NCBI GenBank assembly: GCA_902768785.1
Contig: CACXMM010000032.1
Coordinates: 1,017 to 65,016 of the forward strand
DNA from: an uncultured Prevotellaceae bacterium
Lineage (GTDB): Bacteria; Bacteroidota; Bacteroidia; Bacteroidales; Bacteroidaceae
Direction of reading: 5' to 3'
Length of the DNA: 64,000 nucleotides
Shown: positions 47,160-56,960 of the stretch, in pieces
Layout of the letters: every line of letters starts with the position of its first letter
Position numbering within the stretch: the stretch's first letter is position 1
Position numbers and translations under genes: made by a program
Notes under the pieces: generated by a model
Databases searched by the model: none
The model's input: only the letters and a program-made list of their open reading frames with translations
What the model was told of the DNA's origin: nothing

Positions 47160-48656
47160 ATGAGAAGAATCGTATTATTGATGGCAGTTGTGGCAGCCGC
47201 CCTGCAGAGCGCGCGTGCCGAAGTAGATCCGAATTTCTACATCTATATCTGTTTCGGACAATCGAATATGGAGGGCAATGCTCAGTGGGAAGCACAGGAT
47301 GTGGGCAATGTGGATCCCCGTTTCCAGATGCTGGCAACCTGTAACTTTACCAACCCCAAACGTACACTTGGCAACTGGTACACGGCTGAATGCCCCATTG
47401 TCAGTCCTGACGGAAAACTTGGTCCTACCGACTATTTTGGCCGTACCATGGTGAAGGAACTCCCCGATAAGAAAATCGGTGTCATTGCCGTTGCCATGGG
47501 TGGCAGTCCCATCGAAATGTTCGACAAAGACTTATATCAGGACAAGCTAAATGAAAAGCCCAACGATTGGTGGGCTGTTCTGGCCAAGCGTCACTATGGC
47601 GGCAACCCCTATGGCCGTATCATCGAGATGGCCAAGAAAGCTCAGGAGGTAGGTGTCATCAAGGGTATCCTATTGCACCAAGGAGAGACGAACAATGGAG
47701 ATGAAAAGTGGCCTGGTATGGTGAAGAAAATCTATAGGGACATACTCTCCGACCTTGGCCTGAAGGCTGCCGATGTACCTATCTTTGTAGGTGAGACGGA
47801 GTATGCCGAGATGGGTGGCAGCTGCTCATGGCATAATCATGTTGTCGCAAAGATTCCCGAGGTCATACCCACCGGCCATGTTGTATCAGCCGAGGGCATT
47901 CCTGGTAATGGTGTAGACCCCTGGCATTTTTCTGCCGAGGGCTATCGCACCTTAGGTAAGCGCTATGCCGAAAAAGTCCTGGATGTGATGAATCATCCTG
48001 AGGCTTATACAAAATATTGGACCATCGATCAGCGTCTCACTACATTATCCGATCTGGGCGGTAAGCTATTCGCCATAGTCAACGAGGCCGAGGGTAAGGC
48101 CTTCTATGGTATCTCTGGTCAGCAACTGGGCTACGATGACTATCAGACGGCATTTGTGAATACCAACGAGGGTTGTCTTTTCAAGATGAGCAGGATTACC
48201 GGTGGACGAAGTCTGCGTCTCTTTACCACTAATGGTGAGGAGTACAAAGTAGCTGGCGAAGTAGGCTATCTGAACTCACAGGATATGACGGGTACTTGTT
48301 GCTTTCTCCAGGGCTTGAACAACCAGAGAGGTTACGAAATACCCAATGGTGCTGTATGGATTCCTGAATATGTGGAAGGAAAGGGCTGGATACTGAAGAA
48401 CGGGGGTACTGGCAAGTACCTGAAGGATGCAACTCCCGCCAAGTACGACGAGCCTACCTACTTTACTTTCTGCACCCTTACCGAAGTCACTACAGGCATC
48501 CAGATCATTGACTATTCTCCATCGACCCTTGATCATTCACGGTATGGAGAACCTGTTTATAACCTCCAAGGGGTTAGGGTAGGGGACAGGAACGACTGGA
48601 ATCGTCTGCCCCCTGGCCTTTATATCGTTAATGGGAAAGCAACGCTAAAGAAATAG
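47160..48656 (+). CDS. SASA/DUF303-type carbohydrate O-acetylesterase with T9SS C-terminal domain
   Basis: N-terminal block YICFGQSNMEGN and LLHQGETN. The C-terminus YNLQGVRV..GLYIVNGKATLKK is a T9SS tail. Confidence 0.75.
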   Translation: MRRIVLLMAVVAAALQSARAEVDPNFYIYICFGQSNMEGNAQWEAQDVGNVDPRFQMLATCNFTNPKRTLGNWYTAECPIVSPDGKLGPTDYFGRTMVKELPDKKIGVIAVAMGGSPIEMFDKDLYQDKLNEKPNDWWAVLAKRHYGGNPYGRIIEMAKKAQEVGVIKGILLHQGETNNGDEKWPGMVKKIYRDILSDLGLKAADVPIFVGETEYAEMGGSCSWHNHVVAKIPEVIPTGHVVSAEGIPGNGVDPWHFSAEGYRTLGKRYAEKVLDVMNHPEAYTKYWTIDQRLTTLSDLGGKLFAIVNEAEGKAFYGISGQQLGYDDYQTAFVNTNEGCLFKMSRITGGRSLRLFTTNGEEYKVAGEVGYLNSQDMTGTCCFLQGLNNQRGYEIPNGAVWIPEYVEGKGWILKNGGTGKYLKDATPAKYDEPTYFTFCTLTEVTTGIQIIDYSPSTLDHSRYGEPVYNLQGVRVGDRNDWNRLPPGLYIVNGKATLKK

Positions 48657-48698
48657 GATACGATGTCTTGAGAGATTGGCTCCCTTCCCTATCTGGTA

Positions 48699-49019
48699 TC
48701 AGAGAATGACAACAGCGGTGCCACTGGTGGCAACCATCAGCATGGAGTTGTTGGCTCCGATGGTTTCATAGTCAATGTCTATGCCTACCACGGCGTTAGC
48801 TCCCATCTCCTTGGCACGATCCAGCATTTCCTGCATCGATGTGTCCTTGGCTTCACGCAGCACTCTCTCATAACTGCCGGAACGGCCTCCTACAACGTCG
48901 CGGATACCAGCAAAGAAATCCTTGACAAAGTTTGCTCCGATGATTGTTTCTCCTGTCACGACACCCTTGTACTCGCGGATGGTGTGACCTTCAATTGTTG
49001 GGGTTGTTGATAATATCAT
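48699..49019 (-). CDS. ybjQ: YbjQ (UPF0145) family protein
   Basis: 106 aa: [20 protein letters not shown]...GGRSGSYE...[13 protein letters not shown]. Confidence 0.85.
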   Translation of the reverse strand: MILSTTPTIEGHTIREYKGVVTGETIIGANFVKDFFAGIRDVVGGRSGSYERVLREAKDTSMQEMLDRAKEMGANAVVGIDIDYETIGANNSMLMVATSGTAVVIL

Positions 49020-49096
49020 AATTGTCCATTTTAAGGGTTTTATCTATCTGACGATACGAGTAATGGAAAAGTTGCAGGATTATGAATTTTTTTGTT

Positions 49097-49104
49097 TATC
49101 TTTG
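49097..49104 (+). promoter_or_regulatory. -7 box TATCTTTG upstream of the LD-carboxypeptidase gene
   Basis: TAnnTTTG match 23 nt before the ATG. Confidence 0.55.
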
Positions 49105-49126
49105 CAGCGTCATATAAATAAATACA

Positions 49127-50245
49127 ATGAAAGAGATGAAAATATGGATGCTGACCGCCATCTTTACTTTCTGCGGTCTGACTATGCTGACATCGTGTAG
49201 CGATGAAGATGAGGTGACGCTTCCGAATCCAGAAAGGCCGGTTGAGATCAAATGTGTGAAGCCCGACTATCTGAGACTGGGCGACAAGGTTGCCCTGATC
49301 TCTCCCTCGTACTTCACTCCGATGGAGAACGTGGAAAAGACTGCCGACGTACTGCGCAGATGGGGACTGGAGCCTGTTGTAGGACCGAATGTGGGTAAGG
49401 TGGTTGACGGCCGGTATGCGGGGACAGTAAACGAGCGCATCAGCGACATCCGCTGGGCTCTTAACGATCCTTCCATCAAGGCCATCATCTGCAATCGTGG
49501 TGGATATGGTACCATTCAGTTGATAGACCAGTTGTCATTAGCAGAACTGAAGGCCTCTCCCAAATGGCTGGTGGGATTCAGTGACATCTCCACGCTGCAT
49601 GGGATGCTGAGCCGTGCAGGAGTGATGAGTGTTCATGGTACGATGAGTTCGTTCCTCGCCAAAGGAGGCACCGACGAGACGAGTACGCTGATGCGCGATC
49701 TGCTGATGGGACAGGTGCCTCGTTATGAGTTACCAGCGCATAAGGAGAATATCACGGGCAGGGCCAGTGGCGTCCTCGTTGGTGGTAACCTGTGCACCTT
49801 CGCACCGAACCTCGGCTCACAGGCTGATGCCACGAAGGGCAAAGACCTGATTCTCTTCGTGGAGGAGGTGGAGGAGTCAATGCATAACATTGACCGTCAG
49901 ATGCGTATCCTCCAGATGAATGGCGTGCTCGATCGTTGTAAGGGCGTTATCCTCGGAGAGTTCACCGATTGCGGTACTGAGTTCACTTATGGGAGTGTGG
50001 AGGCTATGATTCACAACCTGCTGTCACAGTACAACATTCCTGTGCTCTGTGGCTTTCCGGGTGGTCATGGTGATGTGAACCTACCGCTCGTTATGGGTGC
50101 TCCTGTCACCATCGATGTCCGTAGCAATGGTTCCACCCTGCAATTCGACATCGATGGCACACAGCATGATATACGCACTGCCGATATCATGACCACACCG
50201 ACACCCGCTGCTGCTCGTATGATACTGGCAGGGAAGAAGGAATAG
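49127..50245 (+). CDS. S66 family LD-carboxypeptidase lipoprotein
   Basis: Lipobox LTSC, nucleophile block VGFSDIS, and a downstream FVEEVEE / GFPGGHG triad region. Confidence 0.78.
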   Translation: MKEMKIWMLTAIFTFCGLTMLTSCSDEDEVTLPNPERPVEIKCVKPDYLRLGDKVALISPSYFTPMENVEKTADVLRRWGLEPVVGPNVGKVVDGRYAGTVNERISDIRWALNDPSIKAIICNRGGYGTIQLIDQLSLAELKASPKWLVGFSDISTLHGMLSRAGVMSVHGTMSSFLAKGGTDETSTLMRDLLMGQVPRYELPAHKENITGRASGVLVGGNLCTFAPNLGSQADATKGKDLILFVEEVEESMHNIDRQMRILQMNGVLDRCKGVILGEFTDCGTEFTYGSVEAMIHNLLSQYNIPVLCGFPGGHGDVNLPLVMGAPVTIDVRSNGSTLQFDIDGTQHDIRTADIMTTPTPAAARMILAGKKE

Positions 50246-50362
50246 AAATGAACAATGATAGTCAAGTTATAAAGGCTTAGATAATATTGTGAGAAGACCT
50301 TTGTAAAGAATTGGCAGTAGGAAGTCATCAAGGCTTTTAGAGAACGAAATGCGCAGAGGTGT

Positions 50363-50445
50363 TGCACAAGCTGTGCAGCACCTTTGCACAAGTTGTGCAA
50401 CATATCTGCACAAGTTGTGCAACGCATCTGCACTATTCGTGCGAG
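50363..50445. repeat. four units at an exact 22-bp period, each carrying the palindrome TGCACAA-N-TTGTGCA (outer units degenerate)
   Basis: TGCAC starts at 50363, 50385, 50407 and 50429. Units 2 and 3 are a perfect 7-1-7 palindrome. Confidence 0.9.
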
Positions 50446-50534
50446 CCATTGCCTACTAAAAAAACATTAAAACTGAAGGTATCTGTTAGAAAAATCGTAT
50501 ATTTGCATCGTAATAATCACAAATCTATTCAAGC

Positions 50535-50669
50535 ATGAAAAGATTATCATTGGCCATTGTCTTGCTGTGCTCCACCATGGTGATGACAGCACAGGAAACT
50601 ATCCGAGTGAATTATCAAGGAGCAAAACCCACCATCGGCGACTTTGCATGGGACAGGTACTACCCCTAA
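50535..50669 (+). CDS. possible 44-aa secreted peptide or N-terminal gene fragment
   Basis: MKRLSLAIVLLCSTMVMTAQETIRVNYQGAKPTIGDFAWDRYYP. It has a signal-peptide-like N-terminus and a TATATTTG box about 35 nt upstream. It is below the ORF-track size cut-off. Confidence 0.2.
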   Translation: MKRLSLAIVLLCSTMVMTAQETIRVNYQGAKPTIGDFAWDRYYP

Positions 50670-50697
50670 CCAATAATCGTAGGATAATAGGAGAAAG

Positions 50698-51090
50698 ATG
50701 AAGCAAATTGAAGTGGTAGCGGCTATCATCTGCAAAGAAGATAAGATTTTTGCAACCCAACGTGGATATGGCGATTGGAAAGACTGGTGGGAGTTCCCTG
50801 GCGGGAAGATGGAAGTAGGTGAAACACCAGAGGAAGCGCTGAAACGTGAGATACGTGAAGAACTTTCTACGGAAATCAGTGTGGATAAGTACCTTTGTAC
50901 GGTGGAATACGACTACCCCCAATTTCATCTGACCATGCATTGTTATATCTGTTCGTTGCTTACCGAGGCGCTACATCTGAATGAGCACGAAGCCGCAAAA
51001 TGGCTGGCGGAGGATGAACTTGATAATGTTCGATGGTTGCCTGCTGATTTACATGTGATCCAAGAATTAAAAATCTTTCCGACCGCATAA
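50698..51090 (+). CDS. mutT: NUDIX hydrolase (MutT-like 8-oxo-dGTP diphosphatase)
   Basis: NUDIX box GGKMEVGETPEEALKREIREEL. 130 aa. Confidence 0.85.
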   Translation: MKQIEVVAAIICKEDKIFATQRGYGDWKDWWEFPGGKMEVGETPEEALKREIREELSTEISVDKYLCTVEYDYPQFHLTMHCYICSLLTEALHLNEHEAAKWLAEDELDNVRWLPADLHVIQELKIFPTA

Positions 51091-51119
51091 CCTCTGTAAT
51101 TTAAAGAAAATACAGTACG

Positions 51120-52709
51120 ATGAATCGATATTGTCTCTTGTTGTTCAGTCTTTTGTTCTCGTCTGTCTCTATGATTGCAGAAAATGATTTGCCCGTCATA
51201 GAGATCAAGGCAGACAGGACGATGATTTATCCTCAGCGGATGGAGCTGATGGGGGAAGAGTCGTTGATGGATGTCCTCCAGATGGTGCCCGAACTGATGA
51301 TTGGCGGTTATGAGGATGTCATCGACAGCTATAACCTACGCATCGACAACTGTCCGATGAATGGTGACACAAGGTTGATTCTGAGTCAGATGAAAGCCAA
51401 GGATATCGCTAAGATTCAGGTTTGTGACAATACGGGTGTTGCGAAGGGAACCATTGGAATGGGCAGGGTGCTGGATATAAACATGAAGATGCCTGAAAGG
51501 TTGAAAGGCTTCGTGGAAGGACAGGGAGATTTTGGGAAAGAGGTAGCTGGTATCGGATCCGTGAATGTGTTATACGGTAGTCAGGGCTCCGACCTCTATG
51601 CCAATGCATCCTATCGTCATCAGGATGGGAATAAGGAGTATCTGACGCTTCATGCGACGAACCGGTTTGATGATAGAAACAGGCTGTTGACCTATTTCAC
51701 CCAGCAATATCTTGACCATCCTTCAGGTACGTCGCGTAAGGTCATGGGCAGAGCAAGATACTTCCACACCTTCAATGACCAGGGTACGGAGCTGCTCATC
51801 GTGGGCGGCTATCAGTATGCCAGTGATCTGGCCTTATCCAACAAGCTGCCATTGTATATCGTTGAACTGAATACGCCTTTGCTGACCAATCGGTTGTCCA
51901 TGATGCTGGGTGCTGAGGGTGATTTCCTCATGACCAAGCAAAAGAATACGGACAGGAGCTGGGATGTCTTCAATAATGATATCTATTTGCAGTTCACCTA
52001 TTCATTGCCTAAATGGAGGTTTACTGTTGGTAATCGTGTGATGTTCTATGACTACAAGCTGATGAATCGGGAAATCAGTCAAAAGCATTCCAACACCCGC
52101 GACAATGCAAACGCCTGCGTCATCTGTGTTCCAGATAACCGGAATCAGATACAGCTGGGCTATTATCGAAAATACTACAATCCTTCCTACTTAGTCCTCT
52201 TTTCAAATGCCAATACGCTTATTGATGAGGAGTGGGCGAGGGCTAAAGGACTGCTGAAGGAATGGACTATCAATCAGGTAAAGTTGGCTTACGCCTATAG
52301 TAGGCAGAAGCTGACTGTGCAGACGGTGGCGAGTTATTATGCTGTCGAAGATGGCGAGAATTTTGCTGAACTGGGTGTGTCGGCCTATTGGAAGACGAGA
52401 TGGCTCACTATGACAGGAGGCTCAAATCTATATACAGCTAAGAGTGGAACCTATGCTTCATTCCGATTTGCTCCGACTGCCTATCTTCCTCATGAATGGC
52501 GGATAGGCATGCAAGTGGTATATTTTACCAGCAAGACACCAGAACGCGAGATGACTGGCGTGCCTGTGTATGGATGCCTGTCTGTGAACAAGCAATTGGG
52601 AAGGAAATGGAATTTGGGCGTTGACTGGCATGATATGTTTGATGCATTCTGTAATCAAGCAAAAGTAAATAGACATGCTGCCAATATGAAGTTGCAATAT
52701 AGATTCTAA
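51120..52709 (+). CDS. outer-membrane beta-barrel protein (TonB-dependent-receptor-like)
   Basis: Signal peptide, a plug-like N-terminal segment, alternating beta-strand pattern, and a terminal aromatic residue (LQYRF). Confidence 0.65.
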   Translation: MNRYCLLLFSLLFSSVSMIAENDLPVIEIKADRTMIYPQRMELMGEESLMDVLQMVPELMIGGYEDVIDSYNLRIDNCPMNGDTRLILSQMKAKDIAKIQVCDNTGVAKGTIGMGRVLDINMKMPERLKGFVEGQGDFGKEVAGIGSVNVLYGSQGSDLYANASYRHQDGNKEYLTLHATNRFDDRNRLLTYFTQQYLDHPSGTSRKVMGRARYFHTFNDQGTELLIVGGYQYASDLALSNKLPLYIVELNTPLLTNRLSMMLGAEGDFLMTKQKNTDRSWDVFNNDIYLQFTYSLPKWRFTVGNRVMFYDYKLMNREISQKHSNTRDNANACVICVPDNRNQIQLGYYRKYYNPSYLVLFSNANTLIDEEWARAKGLLKEWTINQVKLAYAYSRQKLTVQTVASYYAVEDGENFAELGVSAYWKTRWLTMTGGSNLYTAKSGTYASFRFAPTAYLPHEWRIGMQVVYFTSKTPEREMTGVPVYGCLSVNKQLGRKWNLGVDWHDMFDAFCNQAKVNRHAANMKLQYRF

Positions 52710-52728
52710 CGATAACAAAAAAGAGCGT

Positions 52729-53997
52729 ATGACAAGTATTGAACTGGATATGATACAGACTGCCGGTATAGGTGCTTTAGCCCTCATTGTCGGTATGATT
52801 CTAACGCGAAAGGTTTCTTTCCTCCAGAAATTCTGTGTGCCGTCGCCAGTAAGCGGTGGTATCATCTTTTCATTGATTACCCTCGTGCTATATGGTTGGT
52901 TCGATGTCGTGGTGTCGTTTGATGGTACATTGAAGGATGTTTTCATGCTGGCATTCTTTACCAGTGTTGGTTTCCAAAGTGACCTGAAAGTATTAAAGCA
53001 AGGTGGCAGACTATTGATCATCATGCTGACTCTTCTGGTTGTCGTTATTGCTTTGCAGAACTTAATGCCAATGGGAATTGCCTGCCTCATGGGTGTTGAT
53101 CCTCTGATTGGAATGGCTTCAGGTAGTATATCCATGACAGGCGGACATGGTACAGCAGCAGGATTTGCAAGTGTCCTTGAAGGCATGGGACTGTCTGGTG
53201 CAGGAACAATCGGTATGGCAGCAGCTACCTTTGGTCTGATTGCCGGTTCTATGATAGGCGGACCGTTGGCAGAGAGGATTATCCGCAAGAAACTGACGCA
53301 TGAACAGATTCAACAACAAGATGATGATGTTGACCCTGCAATGGCTGGTATCGAGAGTGATGAGGCTTCACCAACAGGTCGTGCCAAGCGAATCAGCACG
53401 AATGAGCAGGAGTTTCAACAGTATGCAAAGGCTTCTTATTGCATCATTCTGGTCATGGGCGGAGGTACTTTACTGAGTTGGTTGTTCGCAAAGACAGGTA
53501 TCACGTTCCCGACCTATTTCGGAGCTTTGATCTTAGCCGCCATTGTTCGTAATACACTGGGATTCGTCAGTTACAAAGAAAACGGGAAAAAGATGAAAGC
53601 AGAAAGACTGCTTGACATGGAGCGGATTATCAGTGTGGGTAACATCTGCCTGTCTCTGTTCCTAGGAATGGCCATGATATCCCTTAAACTTTGGGAACTC
53701 CAAAGTTTAGCTCTTCCATTGATGGTCATCCTGATATCTCAGGTACTGATGATGGCACTATTTGCCTACATGGTAGCATTCCCTCTTTTGGGACGCGATT
53801 ATGATGCTGCCGTATTGTGTGCAGGACTATGTGGTTTCGGACTTGGTGCGACCCCCAATGCTATGGCTAACATGAGTGCTGTGTGTTATAAATACCACTA
53901 TACCGTCAAGCCTTTCCTCATAGTTCCCATCATTGGCGCCATGTTCGCTGATTTGATAAATACAGGCATCATCTCCATCTTCCTGAATATTCTTTAA
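52729..53997 (+). CDS. gltS: sodium/glutamate symporter
   Basis: Collinear with my recollection of E. coli GltS (LTRKVSFLQKF.VPSPVSGG, MLAFFTSVGFQSDL, SISMTGGHGTAAGF, ATFGLIAGSMIGGPLAE). Confidence 0.85.
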   Translation: MTSIELDMIQTAGIGALALIVGMILTRKVSFLQKFCVPSPVSGGIIFSLITLVLYGWFDVVVSFDGTLKDVFMLAFFTSVGFQSDLKVLKQGGRLLIIMLTLLVVVIALQNLMPMGIACLMGVDPLIGMASGSISMTGGHGTAAGFASVLEGMGLSGAGTIGMAAATFGLIAGSMIGGPLAERIIRKKLTHEQIQQQDDDVDPAMAGIESDEASPTGRAKRISTNEQEFQQYAKASYCIILVMGGGTLLSWLFAKTGITFPTYFGALILAAIVRNTLGFVSYKENGKKMKAERLLDMERIISVGNICLSLFLGMAMISLKLWELQSLALPLMVILISQVLMMALFAYMVAFPLLGRDYDAAVLCAGLCGFGLGATPNAMANMSAVCYKYHYTVKPFLIVPIIGAMFADLINTGIISIFLNIL

Positions 53998-54001
53998 ACT
54001 C

Positions 54002-54036
54002 AAAAAAGTGCAGACCACCATTGGCCTGCACTTTTT
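54002..54036. terminator. bidirectional terminator at the core/island junction
   Basis: A6-GTGCAGACC-ACCATT-GGCCTGCAC-T5: a 9-bp stem with one mismatch. Confidence 0.65.
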
Positions 54037-54224
54037 CTATCTAATAACACTTTATTACTTCACCTCCTCGAAAACGACTTTAACTGACTATCAATGCGTT
54101 AGCACCGGATGTTGCACACATGTCGCAAAAACGGAAATAACCATTGATAATCATTTGGTTGGGTGTAGAATGCTCAAATGGCAATGAAACGGTAAATGGA
54201 GAAAGAAATGCCACATAACTCTTC

Positions 54225-56540
54225 CTACTCATTTTCTTGGTTAACAGCAGCTTCTTCAGTGGGAATAAAAGGAGCTACTTTGTCCACATTGTCATATTCT
54301 CCTTCATTAGTCAAACGATATTTTATTTTGATGCTGACTATAGGATATTTATTAGGTTTAAAGAATAACTTTGGCCCCCATATTGCAGTAAACAAAGAAT
54401 ACTGATTAACCTTATCGCCAAGCTTAGTCTTTATTGGCTCTTCAAGTAATTCTGGATGCTCAGATATCTTTTCAAGAGACAGCCAAAGGCCATATAAATC
54501 ATTCATCTTCTCCAAACATAACTTCTCCTGTTCTTCTACTGTTGGTTCATAAAAATCCAAGAAAGGTCGGTCTTCAAATCTCATTACATAAACCATCTGA
54601 GAGAAAAATTCTGTACTGCAATCCAATGAAAGAATCTGGATTCCTTTATACGAATACTTATGATCCGTTCCTTTCTTAAGATCTTTTATTGTACCAATAT
54701 AGTAATCAAAATAAAGTCCAAAAGCAATTATATAATGCTGCTCGTTGAGATTTAGTTTATCAATAGCTTGGAACAAATCTTCTGATGACAAGCTATAGTC
54801 CGTTTGACTATGTTCCGCATAGAACGAACTTGCAAACATATGCTGAAAATTGTGTAGCATATAGGATGACACACAACCAGCAATACCAGCATGTCCCACA
54901 TCTGGATTATTCAAAAATGCAGTATTTGGGAAAGGCATTGTCACTGATGAGTTCAAGTTATAGCACTTATCCTGCGAGAATCTTCTTCCTAACAAATCGC
55001 CATATGGCGCCATTGCTCTTATAATATTACCAGTTAACTCATGTTCTTCAGAATCGATTTTCTCTTCGCTTAATGGAAGGGTTGTCCTTAAATGTTCCAT
55101 TTTGGCAAGAATTTCCTTTTGCATACGAGAAGCCAATTGGTCTGGTCGCAATAGATTTGCTTTGTCATAAATCAATGCTTTTTCTTCGATTTCCTTGTCA
55201 AAGGAGGTAAAACGTACGACATTGAGCAAGTCTTTATTATCTTTAATCCGTTCTAACCATCGTTTGAATACATCTAAATTTTCCTTCAATGTGTTGAGTT
55301 CTGACAGAGTGTCTGGTAATGCACCTGTATTTAGTATAGACTCATATCCATAGTTCCAACGTATAACATAAATACGATAAGCCAATAGTGCAAGGTAGCA
55401 ATTTGCGGCACCGACAATTTTGCCTTCTGTAATACCATGCATATTAGGCATTTGGTATCTTGATTCATAATAGAACGGATCAACAAAACTATTATGGTTT
55501 ATTCTATTGAAGGCAGCTATTATATCACTTAAATTTGAAGGCACTAAAGGATAAGATGGGGGTTCTGATTGTGTAAATGAAAGCATAAGTTCCAACAATC
55601 TATATTTCTTCTCTTGGATGAGCATTGAACACAACATGATGTGAAACTCCATGAATTTCTCACGTTGTTTCTGATTTTCTTCAATTTGCTCCTGAGTATA
55701 AGGCTTACCGTCCTCATCATAGATATATTGGTGTATTGGTTTCATAAAAAGACCTATCTTCTGTGATGCCATTTTCCAATACTCCATAATCCACTCATCT
55801 TTGTTATAAAACATTTGTATTCTAAGATTCCTCCATAGATAAATATAGGTGGTTTCAGATACTACAGAATCCAACAAAATAAGGGAGGTCAAAATGGAGT
55901 TTTCATTGTTGACTGATATTGGTTTTGATTCACCTTTACTCAGAAATTCATTAATACGAGAAACACCTTCATAATAATATTGGTCAAATTCCAAAGATTT
56001 ACCCTTGTTGTCCTTGTTTTCTTTGTATGCCCGCGCCGTATATTTAGGTAATTCTCTATATACATCTTGTACAATTTCATCATCTGGAGATTTCCCTAGT
56101 TCCCCCAATAGGTCAACCCATTGAGTAAAATATTTTGCTTCTTTCGCTTTGTCTTTCTTTTCTACGGCCTTATTGTAATCTTCTATTATTTCCTTTTGTA
56201 AGTCATTGATTTTATAGTAAGTGATAATCTTTGAAAAGAGAAGCAAAGCGCACGAAACCAGAACAATAGCACCAATGCATTGCAACCCCATTATAATTCT
56301 TGCATGAGTACACATATCCATAAGGAAAGGGAATAGTACCGCCATAATAAGATTTATCACTAAACATCGCTTAAACCAAATGAATATAGTTTCACCCATA
56401 AATCTTTCAGATAGCTTTGTGGAACCAAACTTATCTTCTATTTTTCCAATGCATCCTATCACTAACGGATAAGACAAACCAAATAGTGTAGATAGGATAG
56501 ATAATACTCCGCTATATGTATAGTTTACAAAATCGAACAT
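54225..56540 (-). CDS. 771-aa membrane-anchored protein of unknown function (three N-terminal TM helices plus a large unassigned domain)
   Basis: Hydrophobic segments are GVLSILSTLFGLSYPLVIGCIG, CLVINLIMAVLFPFLM and IIMGLQCIGAIVLVSCALLLF. The rest is K/E/N/Y-rich and soluble, with no motif I recognise. Its start is 2 nt after the upstream stop. Confidence 0.6.
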   Translation of the reverse strand: MFDFVNYTYSGVLSILSTLFGLSYPLVIGCIGKIEDKFGSTKLSERFMGETIFIWFKRCLVINLIMAVLFPFLMDMCTHARIIMGLQCIGAIVLVSCALLLFSKIITYYKINDLQKEIIEDYNKAVEKKDKAKEAKYFTQWVDLLGELGKSPDDEIVQDVYRELPKYTARAYKENKDNKGKSLEFDQYYYEGVSRINEFLSKGESKPISVNNENSILTSLILLDSVVSETTYIYLWRNLRIQMFYNKDEWIMEYWKMASQKIGLFMKPIHQYIYDEDGKPYTQEQIEENQKQREKFMEFHIMLCSMLIQEKKYRLLELMLSFTQSEPPSYPLVPSNLSDIIAAFNRINHNSFVDPFYYESRYQMPNMHGITEGKIVGAANCYLALLAYRIYVIRWNYGYESILNTGALPDTLSELNTLKENLDVFKRWLERIKDNKDLLNVVRFTSFDKEIEEKALIYDKANLLRPDQLASRMQKEILAKMEHLRTTLPLSEEKIDSEEHELTGNIIRAMAPYGDLLGRRFSQDKCYNLNSSVTMPFPNTAFLNNPDVGHAGIAGCVSSYMLHNFQHMFASSFYAEHSQTDYSLSSEDLFQAIDKLNLNEQHYIIAFGLYFDYYIGTIKDLKKGTDHKYSYKGIQILSLDCSTEFFSQMVYVMRFEDRPFLDFYEPTVEEQEKLCLEKMNDLYGLWLSLEKISEHPELLEEPIKTKLGDKVNQYSLFTAIWGPKLFFKPNKYPIVSIKIKYRLTNEGEYDNVDKVAPFIPTEEAAVNQENE

Positions 56541-56542
56541 AG

Positions 56543-56851
56543 TTACTTTTTGTTATTTTGATATATCTTCTTCTGAAATTTTAGGATCTCATCCGAATTG
56601 TCTCTTATTTTTTGTATCTCCTCTTTTATAATTGAGTTGCTAGATTTGTGGTCTAAGTTCATAGAGTCCAATACTGAAGACTTTCCTAGCAACATATCTT
56701 GCATTTCTACCTGTCTGTGAAATAAACTATCCTTTGACAAATCTGTAGATTTTTTGCTCTGCATCTCTTCATTGAAGGAAATATTATTGAGTATTGCGAA
56801 CCCAATAATGACAACACAAAGTAGTATGATAAAAGTTATAATTTTCTTCAT
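56543..56851 (-). CDS. small single-TM coiled-coil protein of unknown function
   Basis: ATG at 56851 (MKKIITFIILLCVVIIGFAIL). The ORF-track start at 56890 is a TTG. Translationally coupled to the 771-aa gene. Confidence 0.5.
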   Translation of the reverse strand: MKKIITFIILLCVVIIGFAILNNISFNEEMQSKKSTDLSKDSLFHRQVEMQDMLLGKSSVLDSMNLDHKSSNSIIKEEIQKIRDNSDEILKFQKKIYQNNKK

Positions 56852-56960
56852 ATTATTGCTTTTGCGTCTTTTGTAATCTTTCCAAGCCAACTTCCACGCA
56901 TCTTTTGATACTTAATTTTAGGTGACAGTACGGAGCTGTTTGGGGAGATATCCCCTAATA

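Noticed and set aside
50065-50449. Minus-strand ORFs 50065..50433 and 50267..50449 (peptides with repeated HNLC/CTTC).
   Set aside because: They read through the palindromic 22-bp array. They are repeat-generated open frames without start context or motifs.
56852-56960. A terminator between the RloB gene and the small TM gene.
   Set aside because: The only hairpin is weak (GGGGA-TATC-TCCCC) and has no T-run. It cannot decide between one operon and two, so the question is left open in the finding.
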